This document shows positions 1-9,196 of a stretch of DNA of 64,000 bases, piece after piece. The position numbers were made by a program, and so were the translations under genes. Within the stretch, counting starts at the first letter, position 1; each line of letters begins with the position of its first letter. Source of the stretch: Hyphomicrobiales bacterium. GTDB lineage: Bacteria > Pseudomonadota > Alphaproteobacteria > MED-G09. The stretch covers positions 2,154 to 66,153 of the forward strand of contig JAOLDG010000008.1 in NCBI GenBank assembly GCA_028339975.1, given 5' to 3'. A model generated the notes under the pieces. The model did no database searches. It had not been told where the DNA came from and saw nothing but the letters and a program-made list of their open reading frames with translations.

Positions 1-456
1 ATAGGTAATTATTTAGATTATTCATTGGAGGCTAGTCTCGAAATGATAAAAAGTGAGCATTCTCTTCTCGGCCTTGGTGATGGAGGTGCTCATTGTGCAA
101 CGATTTGTGATGCAAGTTTTACAACTCATATGCTTACTTTTTGGGGTAGAGACAGGACTAGGGGAGAAAAACTAGAACTTCCATGGATCATAAAATCTTA
201 TACCCAAGATAATGCTCTCGCCATTGGACTTAAAGATAGAGGTGTAATATCTGAGGGAATGAAGGCGGATATTAATATAATAGATTTCGATAATTTGACT
301 CTTTATTCACCTGAATTGCTTTACGATCTTCCTGCCGGAGGAAAAAGATTGGTTCAGAAAGTTGATGGCTATAAATATACTATTGTTTCTGGAAGTGTAA
401 CTTATAAAGATGGTGTCTCAACCGGTGAGTTACCAGGAAGGTTAATAAGGGCGTAA
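1..456 (+). CDS. C-terminal part of an amidohydrolase (N-acyl-D-amino-acid deacylase / D-aminoacylase-like); the 5' end lies outside the window
   Basis: The reading frame is open from base 1 and in frame with the ORF at 25. The C-terminal motifs (DGGAHCATICDASFTTHML, KADINIIDFDNL) are typical of the amidohydrolase-3 / D-aminoacylase C-terminal domain. Confidence 0.55.
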   Translation: MGNYLDYSLEASLEMIKSEHSLLGLGDGGAHCATICDASFTTHMLTFWGRDRTRGEKLELPWIIKSYTQDNALAIGLKDRGVISEGMKADINIIDFDNLTLYSPELLYDLPAGGKRLVQKVDGYKYTIVSGSVTYKDGVSTGELPGRLIRA

Positions 457-462
457 GTTAAA

Positions 463-990
463 ATGATTATTCAAAAAAATTCTATTTTTCAACAAGCTTA
501 CTTTGTTAATAGTATTGAAGAATCTGTAAAAAGTTGGAGCAAGACATTTGGCGCCGGACCATTTGTTTTTACACATCACCATAAAACAGACAAATTTGAG
601 TATAGAGGTACCCCGCAAGAGTCTGATGTTTCCTATGCCTTCGGGTATCTTGGTGATACTATGATCCAGTTTATTGAGCAGCATGATGAAACACCATCCA
701 TCTATAGGGATATGTATAAACGGGGGGAAGAAGGCTTTCATCATATAGGTATTTTAGTTTCAGATTTTGACGAGGAGCTTGATAGATATTTAGATATGGG
801 TTTTGACTTAGCCTGCCGGTTATGGGCGGATGGAGTGGATGCGGCCTATATCGATACAAGATCTTTGAATGGAGTATTTACAGAGCTTCATGGAGATCCG
901 AATCATATTTTAGGAGAGTTTTCCCGCTGGAGGAGGGCTCATGAAAAATTTGTACCTGGAGATTCTTATAAACTAGAAAGAGTTAAATAA
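463..990 (+). CDS. VOC (glyoxalase/bleomycin-resistance/dioxygenase) family protein
   Basis: 175-aa protein with a duplicated beta-alpha-beta-beta-beta-like pattern (FHHIGILVSDFDEE) typical of the VOC superfamily. An SD-like AGG lies upstream. Confidence 0.5.
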   Translation: MIIQKNSIFQQAYFVNSIEESVKSWSKTFGAGPFVFTHHHKTDKFEYRGTPQESDVSYAFGYLGDTMIQFIEQHDETPSIYRDMYKRGEEGFHHIGILVSDFDEELDRYLDMGFDLACRLWADGVDAAYIDTRSLNGVFTELHGDPNHILGEFSRWRRAHEKFVPGDSYKLERVK

Positions 991-1011
991 AGGAGAACTA
1001 ATTTTAGGTTA

Positions 1012-1584
1012 CTAAATATAGTCTGGCTCATTTCCTTTATTCCATTTTATATTACACCCCATACTAGGATGCTGATCTTTTGAAGTAGGTATGCCATTAT
1101 TGATATTGTTAATTACTTTCCGTAAATCAATTCCGGTTACTGGTATTTTGTTACCGGGACTACTTTCATCAAATCTACCTCTGTAAATAAGCACCTTTTT
1201 ATTATTGAAAACGTAAAATTCAGGCGTACACATTGCTTGAAATTTCTTTGCAACAGATTGATTGGTGTCGATTAAATACGGAAATTCATATTTAAACTCA
1301 ACAATATCATTTTTCATCATATGAATATTATCCAAAGGATAATTATCCATATCATTTGAGTTGATTGCAAATACTCTAAAGTTATCTCTATGCGCCTGAT
1401 TTAATAACTCAGACATTTTTTCTTTAATATTAATTACATACGGACAGTGATTGCAAATAAATGAAAAAATATAACCCTTAAAGCTTCCTTCACTTATTTG
1501 GTATTTTATTTTATCTGTATCCATTAGTAATGATGAGGGTATTTTACTATCAAGTGGCAGCATAGTCGAATAAGTAAGGCTCAA
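1012..1584 (-). CDS. thioredoxin-fold protein (AhpC/TSA / thiol-disulfide oxidoreductase-like) with a CxxC motif
   Basis: Carries a CNHC(P) active-site-like motif in a thioredoxin-like context (FICNHCPYV). It is ~190 aa. Confidence 0.5.
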   Translation of the reverse strand: MSLTYSTMLPLDSKIPSSLLMDTDKIKYQISEGSFKGYIFSFICNHCPYVINIKEKMSELLNQAHRDNFRVFAINSNDMDNYPLDNIHMMKNDIVEFKYEFPYLIDTNQSVAKKFQAMCTPEFYVFNNKKVLIYRGRFDESSPGNKIPVTGIDLRKVINNINNGIPTSKDQHPSMGCNIKWNKGNEPDYI

Positions 1585-2162
1585 CTATCTTTTAACACTT
1601 TGTTATAAAGCATATCAATTCTATCTTGGCCCCAATATCTTTCATTTTTATATAAGAATGTAGGAACACCAAATACTTTATTTTCTCTCATAATTTTAGT
1701 AAACGACTTTAATCTTGTATCATAACCTTCATCATCCATAGCGCTTATTGCTAAATCCTTGTCAAATCCAATTTTAATACATATTTCCTCAATTACTTCT
1801 TTATTTCCGATATCAAGTTTTTCTTTCCATCTAGCATCAAACATTTCAATCATGAAGCTATCACCAAATCCATTTTCTTGAGCACATAGCCATGAAGCAT
1901 GAACTTTTGGCCAGTTTGCTTCTTTTGATATAGTTTCACTAACATTTTCAATTCCAATTTCTTTAAAAAGACGTTCGCAATCTTCAAATAAGTAGGATCT
2001 CTTATATTCGTTCTCTGAAGCAGTCGAAAGAAATTTTATAAGCTCTTTTGGAAGGTAGCAAACCGGAATATAGTCTAATTTTATTCCTCTCTCTTGAGCT
2101 TTTTTTACACCCAAATATCCATAAGGGCTTCTGAAATTAAAAAAACATGTTATTTTTTCCAC
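1581..2162 (-). CDS. DsbA-like thioredoxin-domain protein (2-hydroxychromene-2-carboxylate isomerase family)
   Basis: The N-terminal FNFRSPYGYLG matches the HCCA-isomerase / DsbA-like signature (FDFxSPYSYL). There is a 4-bp overlap with the upstream gene, consistent with an operon. Confidence 0.6.
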   Translation of the reverse strand: MEKITCFFNFRSPYGYLGVKKAQERGIKLDYIPVCYLPKELIKFLSTASENEYKRSYLFEDCERLFKEIGIENVSETISKEANWPKVHASWLCAQENGFGDSFMIEMFDARWKEKLDIGNKEVIEEICIKIGFDKDLAISAMDDEGYDTRLKSFTKIMRENKVFGVPTFLYKNERYWGQDRIDMLYNKVLKDS

Positions 2163-2210
2163 TTTAATCCTCCGTATACATTAAGAATATATTATAAATA
2201 ACTGATTTAT

Positions 2211-2660
2211 TTAAAATTTTTCTAATTTTAATGTGATTTCTTGATTGATTTCATTAAATATAAAAACTGCATCATCCCATTTAGGGGGACCAAACTTACC
2301 TTTTGCATTATTTGAGAAACCAAATGGCTCCTTTGGTATGCCAATAAAATTTCCTGATATTACTCCATTCCCATCAAAATCTTGAAAGCCTGAAACAACA
2401 TAAGAACCAAAAGGAATATCAAGTTTTACAATACCTTTTTGATTCACTATTTGCGTCACTGCACCAGTAAGAACCTTTTCTGTATTAAGTTTTTTATTAA
2501 CTTTTGCCTTACCAAAATTTTCCTTTTTATCGTAAATGCCAACAAGTGCTATACCTTTATTATAATCACTCTCTACGTTTATTGTTAAAATTTCAGCAAC
2601 TAAAACAGAGTTTAGAATAAAAAACACAATTAGCGATTTTAATATAGTTTTGTAAATCAT
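2211..2660 (-). CDS. secreted DUF2141-family protein
   Basis: Has a signal peptide and the conserved GIPKEPFGFSNN motif typical of DUF2141. Confidence 0.5.
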   Translation of the reverse strand: MIYKTILKSLIVFFILNSVLVAEILTINVESDYNKGIALVGIYDKKENFGKAKVNKKLNTEKVLTGAVTQIVNQKGIVKLDIPFGSYVVSGFQDFDGNGVISGNFIGIPKEPFGFSNNAKGKFGPPKWDDAVFIFNEINQEITLKLEKF

Positions 2661-3149
2661 TTACTTTACCATTAATTTCTTGGCAACATCTGCAGCTATT
2701 TTAGCACAATTTTCATCATTACCACCGCTATCGCCAGAAACACCAACCCCGCCAATATGATAACCGTCATCTAAAATAATTGGAACTCCACCTTTAATAA
2801 GTATTACACCTGGTAATGTTAATATTCCATTATTTGCAGAGTCTCCTTCAAATGCCATATCTCTTAATTCAGCAGTAGAATATGGTAAGCCCGCCGATGT
2901 CTTGCCCTTTAGACGCGATATCTCTTCAGATGCTGGATAGGTTCCATCCATTGATGAGTAATATTTTAATGATCCAGGAGATTCGTATATTGCAATATTT
3001 ACTTTCCAGCCGCTTTCTTTAGCAAGATTTATACAGGAATTTGCCATTTTTGATGCAATATCAAGTGTCAAAACTGGTTTTGTTGTAATTTCAGCATTTA
3101 AATTTATTGAAACTAGTATAATTACAAAAAAAGATAATATTCTGTTCAT
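2661..3149 (-). CDS. GlcG/HbpS-like (DUF336) heme-binding protein, secreted
   Basis: Has a signal peptide. The C-terminal GGVPI...GGVGVSG motif is characteristic of the GlcG/DUF336 family. Confidence 0.6.
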   Translation of the reverse strand: MNRILSFFVIILVSINLNAEITTKPVLTLDIASKMANSCINLAKESGWKVNIAIYESPGSLKYYSSMDGTYPASEEISRLKGKTSAGLPYSTAELRDMAFEGDSANNGILTLPGVILIKGGVPIILDDGYHIGGVGVSGDSGGNDENCAKIAADVAKKLMVK

Positions 3150-3232
3150 TTAATTTCCCCAAAGTTATAAATATGTTTATATTTGAAACTATAATTTTAA
3201 ATATAACAACAATAAAAATAATAGAGGTTAAT

Positions 3233-4663
3233 ATGAGCATACAAGCAACTGCTGCCAAATTACTTTTTAAGCTTCCAAAGCCAATATTAAGTAAAATTAT
3301 GAAGTCAATTCCTAAAAGTAATAATCCTCATGATCTTGTTGAAAAGCCATGGCACTTAAAGGGTAACTGGGCTCCCGTTAAAGATGAAATTATTGTAGAA
3401 AATTTGGAAATCAAAGGAGAAATTCCAAAGGAAATTAATGGAATGTACTTGAGGAATGGAATGAATCCAGTTTCTGGTCACAGTGATCATTGGTTTTTTG
3501 GAAACGGAATGCTTCATGGAGTTAATATTAGTGATGGCAAGGCCTCTTATATGAACAAGTATGTAAGGACACCTTACTTTGATGAAGATATGGGAATGAT
3601 GGAGAGTTCTTTTGATCTAAAAGCATCTCCTGCCAACACCCATGTAATAAGACATGCGGGTAAGATTTTAACACTTGAAGAAGCTCATCTTCCTTGGATT
3701 GTAAATGAAAATTTGGATACCATAGATTCCTATGATTTTGATGGAAAACTTGATGGCCCAATGACAGCTCATCCTAGGGTATGCCCAGAGACTGGAGAGC
3801 TTTTATTTTTTGGTTACCAGATGATGAAGAAACCATACTTAACCTATCATAGGGTTTCAAGGGAAGGTGTATTGGTTCAGTCAGAAGAAATTGATATACC
3901 AAGACCTGTTATGATGCATGATTGGAATATAACAAGAAATTATGTTGTATTTATGGATTTACCATTAGTATTTGATATTAATGACGCCGTTAGCGGGTCT
4001 GATCCATTTGGGTTTAAACCTGAGTGTGGGGCCAGGTTAGGTGTTATGCCAAGAAATGGATCTAACTCAGATATTAAATGGATTGATATAAATCCATGTT
4101 TTGTTTTTCATCCAATGAATGCATATGAAGAAGATGATAAGATAATTCTTCACGTTTGCAGACAAAACAAAGCTATGGTTGGTGGTATGGATGAAATTTA
4201 TGGAGGAGAGGATTCCACTGGAAAACTATGGAAATGGACCATTGATTTAACTTCTGGAAAATGTTCTGAAGAGCAAATTGACGATAGGCCATGTGATTTT
4301 GCAAGAATTGATGACAGATTGGTAGGCCTTAAGGCTAAAAATGGATACGCAATGGCCTTGGATGAAAAAGCTGAGACCTTAACATTTGATCAATATTTAT
4401 ATAAATTTGACTTAGAAAATAATAAACGTATTGATCATGATTTAGGCAATAATGTTTTTGGGGGGGAGCCAATTTTTGTTCCTAAATTTGATAATTCTTC
4501 AGAAAATGATGGTTGGGTTATGGCAATTGTGTATGATGCAAATATTTCTAAATCAAAATTAATCATCGTTGATACTGAAAACTTTGATAAGAAGCCTATT
4601 AGTGAAATTATTTTACCTCAAAGAGTACCATTTGGAGCGCATGGCAGTTGGCTGTCTAATTAA
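3233..4663 (+). CDS. carotenoid cleavage oxygenase (RPE65 / apocarotenoid dioxygenase family)
   Basis: Carries the four-His-containing motifs of the family (HDWNITRNYVVFMDLP, FHPMNAYEE, FVFHP, GAHGSW). The start is chosen at the ATG at 3233, which is preceded by GAGGT; the track ORF begins earlier at 3173. Confidence 0.8.
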   Translation: MSIQATAAKLLFKLPKPILSKIMKSIPKSNNPHDLVEKPWHLKGNWAPVKDEIIVENLEIKGEIPKEINGMYLRNGMNPVSGHSDHWFFGNGMLHGVNISDGKASYMNKYVRTPYFDEDMGMMESSFDLKASPANTHVIRHAGKILTLEEAHLPWIVNENLDTIDSYDFDGKLDGPMTAHPRVCPETGELLFFGYQMMKKPYLTYHRVSREGVLVQSEEIDIPRPVMMHDWNITRNYVVFMDLPLVFDINDAVSGSDPFGFKPECGARLGVMPRNGSNSDIKWIDINPCFVFHPMNAYEEDDKIILHVCRQNKAMVGGMDEIYGGEDSTGKLWKWTIDLTSGKCSEEQIDDRPCDFARIDDRLVGLKAKNGYAMALDEKAETLTFDQYLYKFDLENNKRIDHDLGNNVFGGEPIFVPKFDNSSENDGWVMAIVYDANISKSKLIIVDTENFDKKPISEIILPQRVPFGAHGSWLSN

Positions 4664-4667
4664 ATAA

Positions 4668-4973
4668 ATGAAAGCATTGATTTATAAACCATCAAAATCT
4701 GTCACCCAGTCTGGAAGTAAAAAAACTGATAAATGGATTTTAGAGTTCTCCAGATCTTCAAGTCCTACGATTGATCCACTAATGAAATGGACATCCTCAA
4801 CAGATACACAGAATCAAGTCAAAATGAAATTTAGTTCAAAAGACCTTGCAGTTGCCTATGCTGAAAAAAATTCTATTGAGTACAGAGTTAAAGAACCAAA
4901 AAAATCTAAAACTCGACCTAAGTCATATTCAGATAATTTTTCTTATGATAAAAAGACACCTTGGACACACTAA
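4668..4973 (+). CDS. ETC complex I subunit conserved-region protein (NDUFS4-like)
   Basis: ~100 aa, with the LEF...PLMGWTSS.D...QV.L.F.....A..YAEKN..EY pattern of the alphaproteobacterial NDUFS4 homologue (pfam ETC_C1_NDUFA4). Confidence 0.7.
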   Translation: MKALIYKPSKSVTQSGSKKTDKWILEFSRSSSPTIDPLMKWTSSTDTQNQVKMKFSSKDLAVAYAEKNSIEYRVKEPKKSKTRPKSYSDNFSYDKKTPWTH

Positions 4974-4991
4974 CTTTATCGAGAATCTTAT

Positions 4992-5549
4992 ATGGATACT
5001 ATCAAAACATTACTTACAAGAAAATCATCTCCAAGGCTAGATGAACCGTCGCCATCACCAGAAGAGCTTGATTTAATCTTTCAATCTGCCTTAAGGGCTC
5101 CTGATCATGCCGCGCTAAAGCCATGGAAATTTATAAAAGTTTCTGGTGAGGGAAGGGGTAAGCTAGCAAAAGCTTCTCTAGAAGCTCTTAAAAAAATTAA
5201 TCCTAGTAAGGCCAATGAAAACGAAGAAAAAATTCTTAATGCCCCCTACAGAGCACCATTAATAATAATAGTTGTTGCATCAATTAAAGATCATCACATC
5301 GTTCCAGATATTGAGCAAATTCTATCGGCTGGCGCTGCAGCCCAAAATATATTAATTGCAGCCCATTCTATGGGTTATTCTGGTATTTGGAGAACAGGAC
5401 TTATATCTTTCAATAAAGAGATTTCAAGATCTTTTGATTTGGATGATAATGATGTTGTTATTGGTTATTTATATATAGGAACATCTGAAAAAGAAATGAC
5501 ATTACCGCCAAAATCTAATATTAATGATTTTGTTATAAACTGGGATTAG
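4992..5549 (+). CDS. nitroreductase family protein
   Basis: Has the RKS.R signature near the N-terminus, and its overall ~185 aa length matches the NAD(P)H nitroreductase fold. Confidence 0.7.
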   Translation: MDTIKTLLTRKSSPRLDEPSPSPEELDLIFQSALRAPDHAALKPWKFIKVSGEGRGKLAKASLEALKKINPSKANENEEKILNAPYRAPLIIIVVASIKDHHIVPDIEQILSAGAAAQNILIAAHSMGYSGIWRTGLISFNKEISRSFDLDDNDVVIGYLYIGTSEKEMTLPPKSNINDFVINWD

Positions 5550-5570
5550 TAAACTGTAAAAGAGGGTAAT

Positions 5571-5999
5571 ATGAAAGAAACAAACAAAGAAGATTTAGCT
5601 AAAATTCAAGAACTTTTCGATACATGGGACGCAGCTGTTGAATCTGGGGATAGAGATGGCTACGTAAGTGGTTTAGATGAGAATATTACCCTGATGCCTC
5701 CTGGTGGAGTTGTTATCAAAGGAAAAGAAAATTATAGAGAATTCTTGGGTCCAGTTTTTGAGTCAGCAACCTATAGGGTGGAGAACAATAGTCCTAAAAA
5801 AATTGAAATATTCGAAGACATTGCAATAATTCATTCACACCTTACTGTTTACTTAACTTTTTTAGAAGGAGCGTCATCCATAGCATCCGAAGGGGCAATT
5901 CAGAACAACGTTTCTGAAGGAAAATACCTTGATGTTCTTAGAAGGCAAGAGGATGGATCTTGGAAATGTTTAGTTCATACTTGGAAGCAGATCAGTTAA
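5571..5999 (+). CDS. SnoaL-like / DUF4440 (NTF2-fold) protein
   Basis: A 142-aa protein with the NTF2-like pattern (IQELFDTWDAAVESGDRDGY ... GSWK). Confidence 0.45.
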   Translation: MKETNKEDLAKIQELFDTWDAAVESGDRDGYVSGLDENITLMPPGGVVIKGKENYREFLGPVFESATYRVENNSPKKIEIFEDIAIIHSHLTVYLTFLEGASSIASEGAIQNNVSEGKYLDVLRRQEDGSWKCLVHTWKQIS

Positions 6000-6639
6000 T
6001 AAACTCTTTTTCTGGGTTTTCATATTTTATAAATATTGATTGCTGGTCGTGATCTTTCCAAGTCATCAAGACCTCTGTTTCATGCTCTAAATAAATCAAT
6101 TTGATTTTATTAAAAAAATTCCAAATAGAGTTTTGATATTCGTTTATTTTTTTTTCAATATCATTATCACTAAGACTAGGAAATTCTTTTTCTAAATCAA
6201 TTTTAAGATTCAATCTGTAATCCAAGTATTCATTTAATACCTGACTTGCCTCTATGCTATCTTTGCCAAAATCATTAATCATTTTATCATGTTTTTGTGA
6301 TAAAAAGACAAGACTTTCAACATATGACAAATACTTTTTAGGGTTTTTTTGTTTATATTTTTTAGCTTCTTTTAGTGAATTAAAATAAAGCTCAAGTATA
6401 TTTTTTGTAATAATATTCAATTTTAAATTATTTTTTAAATTTTCTGTGCAACTTTCTTTTAAATTTATTAGATCAGATAAATCATGTGTCCAATTGAAAA
6501 TCTTAAAGGCCTTTATAAAGCCTATAAAGAGAGCATCACTGTAAAATTTTGATAAATCGTTTACCATTAAAGCCTTTCTAATTTTAATTAATATAAATTT
6601 AATTGATGATATCAGTAAAGTATTTTCTTGATACCCCAT
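5992..6639 (-). CDS. hypothetical protein
   Basis: A 215-aa lysine-rich ORF with no recognisable motif. It is the last gene before the tRNA hotspot. Confidence 0.35.
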   Translation of the reverse strand: MGYQENTLLISSIKFILIKIRKALMVNDLSKFYSDALFIGFIKAFKIFNWTHDLSDLINLKESCTENLKNNLKLNIITKNILELYFNSLKEAKKYKQKNPKKYLSYVESLVFLSQKHDKMINDFGKDSIEASQVLNEYLDYRLNLKIDLEKEFPSLSDNDIEKKINEYQNSIWNFFNKIKLIYLEHETEVLMTWKDHDQQSIFIKYENPEKEFIN

Positions 6640-6767
6640 CAGTGAATTTTAAACAAGATATTGCATCTTACTCATTATTGATTTAACTAGTATTTTTCTC
6701 CTAGTTATTTGACTTAATTATTAAATTTATTGGTTTTTATGTTAAAGTTATTAGTAAGTGAATTTGT

Positions 6768-6844
6768 GGTCCCGTAGCTCAGCTGGATAGAGCAACGGAT
6801 TTCTAATCCGTAGGTCAGTAGTTCGAATCTACTCGGGATCACCA
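6768..6844 (+). tRNA. tRNA-Arg (anticodon TCT)
   Basis: The 77-nt cloverleaf can be read directly. The acceptor stem is GGTCCCG/CGGGATC, the D-arm is GCTC-AGCTGGATA-GAGC, the anticodon stem is ACGGA/TCCGT with loop TTTCTAA (anticodon TCT), and the T-arm is AGTAG-TTCGAAT-CTACT, with an encoded CCA. Confidence 0.85.
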
Positions 6845-6850
6845 TTTAAA
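6800..6850 (+). repeat. attL core: 3' 45 nt of tRNA-Arg plus TTTAAA, the 51-bp direct-repeat partner of 15114-15164
   Basis: The string TTTCTAATCCGTAGGTCAGTAGTTCGAATCTACTCGGGATCACCATTTAAA is identical at 6800-6850 and 15114-15164. Confidence 0.85.
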
Positions 6851-6898
6851 TTTCATTGTAATACAACAGTTATCCTTAGTAAATAGCCAAATAACCAT

Positions 6899-6928
6899 CT
6901 GTACGTACATTCATCTCTAACTGTACGT
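6899..6928 (+). promoter_or_regulatory. putative integrase arm-type binding sites (CTGTACGT x2, 22-bp spacing) at the attL arm
   Basis: CATCTGTACGT is at 6896-6906 and AACTGTACGTTT at 6919-6930. Their reverse complements (ACGTACAG x2) are at 14945-14972 at the other end of the element. Confidence 0.5.
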
Positions 6929-7045
6929 TTTTATACCTTGATATACATTTCAATACATTTATACTTATTATGTTGTATAAAACGTTGTACAAAAATAATA
7001 ATAAAGCTTATTTCGGACAGTTAATCCGAAATTTGAGCATACGAG

Positions 7046-9190
7046 GTGTTACTGGTGACGAAATATCTAAATGTTCCTAAGATTAAAGAAAAGGATTATT
7101 CTATTAAGTACAAAGATGAGCCAATTTTTGTAATAGAACAATTCAGCAAGCTATCATTACGAATAGGTAAATTTAAAATCGCCTATTATTACAGAGATAG
7201 AAAGCAATCAATTAAACTTGGTGAGCATCCTCATCTATCCTTATATGAGGCTCGTCAAAAAGCTCGTGAGATTGAAGGCGAAGTTTCAGTTCCAGAACAA
7301 TACAGGGATAAAAAAACCCTCTTAGAAGCAATTTATGGGAATCCAGAGCTTTACTGTCAAAACTCTTACCACTCAAATGAACATATAAGAGAGAGTGTAT
7401 TAGAAGGAAGCTATCTGGCTCAATATAAGGATAGGACAAATACATCCTCTTTTATTGATAAGAAAAACAAAATTCGCCTTCTTGCTGACCATTATGTTGA
7501 TATTAATAACAACTGCTCGATAACTATTGATAAGCTTGATGGCTTGGAAATAAAGAAAATTGCAGAGGATTATCATTTAATTGATGGTAAATCCGCATTA
7601 GCTTCAAAAAGATTATTTAATGAATGGAAAACTTTCTTCAAATGGTTATCAAAAAATGAAGGTATTTCAAATATTCTTGCTGACCAAGAAGTAAGCAAAG
7701 TTAAAGTTCGGGTTAAAAGGCGTGAATATAGAGATCCAAGATTTAAACCTGAGGAAGTAAACTCTTTAATTAATTCTTATGAACAAATGAATGAGCCTTA
7801 TAAATGGATACATCCGTTTATGATGTTTACAGGTAGAAGAATGGCATCTGTTTTACGATTAGAGAAAACTGATATTGATTTCGATAAGAATATTATCAAT
7901 TTTAGAGCTGATAATGAAAAAATGTCTATGAATAACTCAGACAGCATTCCACCTGCATATACTGAGATTCCTATGTGTAAATCCTTAGAATCTCTTGTTA
8001 AAGATAGAATACTTCCTTTTAAACCTGATAATAAGTTTCTATTCGCTCATCCAACTATTAAAGATATTCCCCTTAAGGTTAACGATAGGGAGATGCGAGA
8101 TAAAGTTAGAGAGGTAACAGGTATCAAAAACTTTACCTACAAAGATATAAGAACCAACGTTAATACAGCCATGATTAATCTGGGTATAGACCTTAGAATA
8201 AGGCAATTCATATTAGGACAGAAATCAGAGAAGGTTGAGAGTAGGGAGCTACAGCAACCCAGATCATTATCTGTAAATGAGATATTCTATGATAAAAACA
8301 CGCATCTTGAGGAAAAAAGAGAAGCACTTAACAAGATTGAAGGCCTTTGGATTAAATTTTCAGAACAAAATCATAAATTAGATGATAAAATTAGTGAAAT
8401 AACTGAGGATGATGAACTTTCTTTTATTCTTAAGAAAGACTCAGATTTAGAAATAATTAACGATTATCTGAAAAGTATAAAATCTAAGCCAATAACAAGT
8501 ATTAGCGAGTATTTAACTAAAAGAGATGGTCTACATCATGAAGCATCCGATTTCATGCATTGTGTTACACAATTCTTTTTGTACAAACAATACGTTGATT
8601 TTTTAAAGGCAAAAAAACATTTTACTAGCGGTGTTAAATTATACTTAAAAGCATTTATTTACAGACAGTTAAAAACTAATCCTAATTATCATGGTCGTGA
8701 TTATTTAAAGAACTGGAATAAATTGCAAAGCCTAGTTGCGGAATTACCCGCTTCTCATTGGAAAAATAAATACGATTATGAGAAATTAAAAATAGCTAGT
8801 CAAATTCACTATTATCAAGGTGAGTACAATAATTGGAAAATAAAGAAGGAAAAACCTGATTGGACAAAGATTAAAAATTACGATCCAAAAGAAGATGGAT
8901 CTAAAGGTGAGCTTAATGACATACTTTCAGGTAAAGATGGTTTAAATTCAGCGATAGAGCGGTTTAATAATACTTTTTTAAAAGACGGAAAAGATCCTTC
9001 TCCAGAAACATTAGGGCATAGTAAAAGAGTGTATTTGAAATATTATGAAAGTCTAAAAGCCCTAGATTCTATCGCTTTTGTGCAACTATATAACTACCAA
9101 CTTGTTGCTGATATACCAGATGAAAAATTTGAGAGAATGATATCTTCTTCGCAAAGAGATGCTGTTAAAGAAATGGCTAAAGAGTTATAA
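7046..9190 (+). CDS. int: tyrosine-type integrase/recombinase (P4-like N-terminal arm-binding domain) with a long C-terminal extension
   Basis: Starts at GTG. The N-terminal DUF4102-like arm-binding motif is GEHPHLSLYEARQKAREI. The catalytic region contains TGRRMASVLRLEKTDIDF (box I Arg), YKDIR (the HxxR box with His replaced by Lys), and LGQKSE...NEIFY (candidate Tyr). It lies directly next to the tRNA attL. Its 714 aa are about 300 aa longer than typical integrases. Confidence 0.75.
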   Translation: MLLVTKYLNVPKIKEKDYSIKYKDEPIFVIEQFSKLSLRIGKFKIAYYYRDRKQSIKLGEHPHLSLYEARQKAREIEGEVSVPEQYRDKKTLLEAIYGNPELYCQNSYHSNEHIRESVLEGSYLAQYKDRTNTSSFIDKKNKIRLLADHYVDINNNCSITIDKLDGLEIKKIAEDYHLIDGKSALASKRLFNEWKTFFKWLSKNEGISNILADQEVSKVKVRVKRREYRDPRFKPEEVNSLINSYEQMNEPYKWIHPFMMFTGRRMASVLRLEKTDIDFDKNIINFRADNEKMSMNNSDSIPPAYTEIPMCKSLESLVKDRILPFKPDNKFLFAHPTIKDIPLKVNDREMRDKVREVTGIKNFTYKDIRTNVNTAMINLGIDLRIRQFILGQKSEKVESRELQQPRSLSVNEIFYDKNTHLEEKREALNKIEGLWIKFSEQNHKLDDKISEITEDDELSFILKKDSDLEIINDYLKSIKSKPITSISEYLTKRDGLHHEASDFMHCVTQFFLYKQYVDFLKAKKHFTSGVKLYLKAFIYRQLKTNPNYHGRDYLKNWNKLQSLVAELPASHWKNKYDYEKLKIASQIHYYQGEYNNWKIKKEKPDWTKIKNYDPKEDGSKGELNDILSGKDGLNSAIERFNNTFLKDGKDPSPETLGHSKRVYLKYYESLKALDSIAFVQLYNYQLVADIPDEKFERMISSSQRDAVKEMAKEL

Positions 9191-9196
9191 CTTAAT

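Noticed and set aside
3528-3761. Antisense 77-aa ORF inside the carotenoid oxygenase gene
   Set aside because: It overlaps a well-supported CDS on the opposite strand and has no features of a real gene.
6896-6997. Could the short repeated motifs at the island ends be a CRISPR array?
   Set aside because: There are only 2 copies per end, they are 8-12 bp long, and they are arranged as inverted partners at the two att arms. This fits integrase arm sites and not CRISPR repeats. No cas genes are present.
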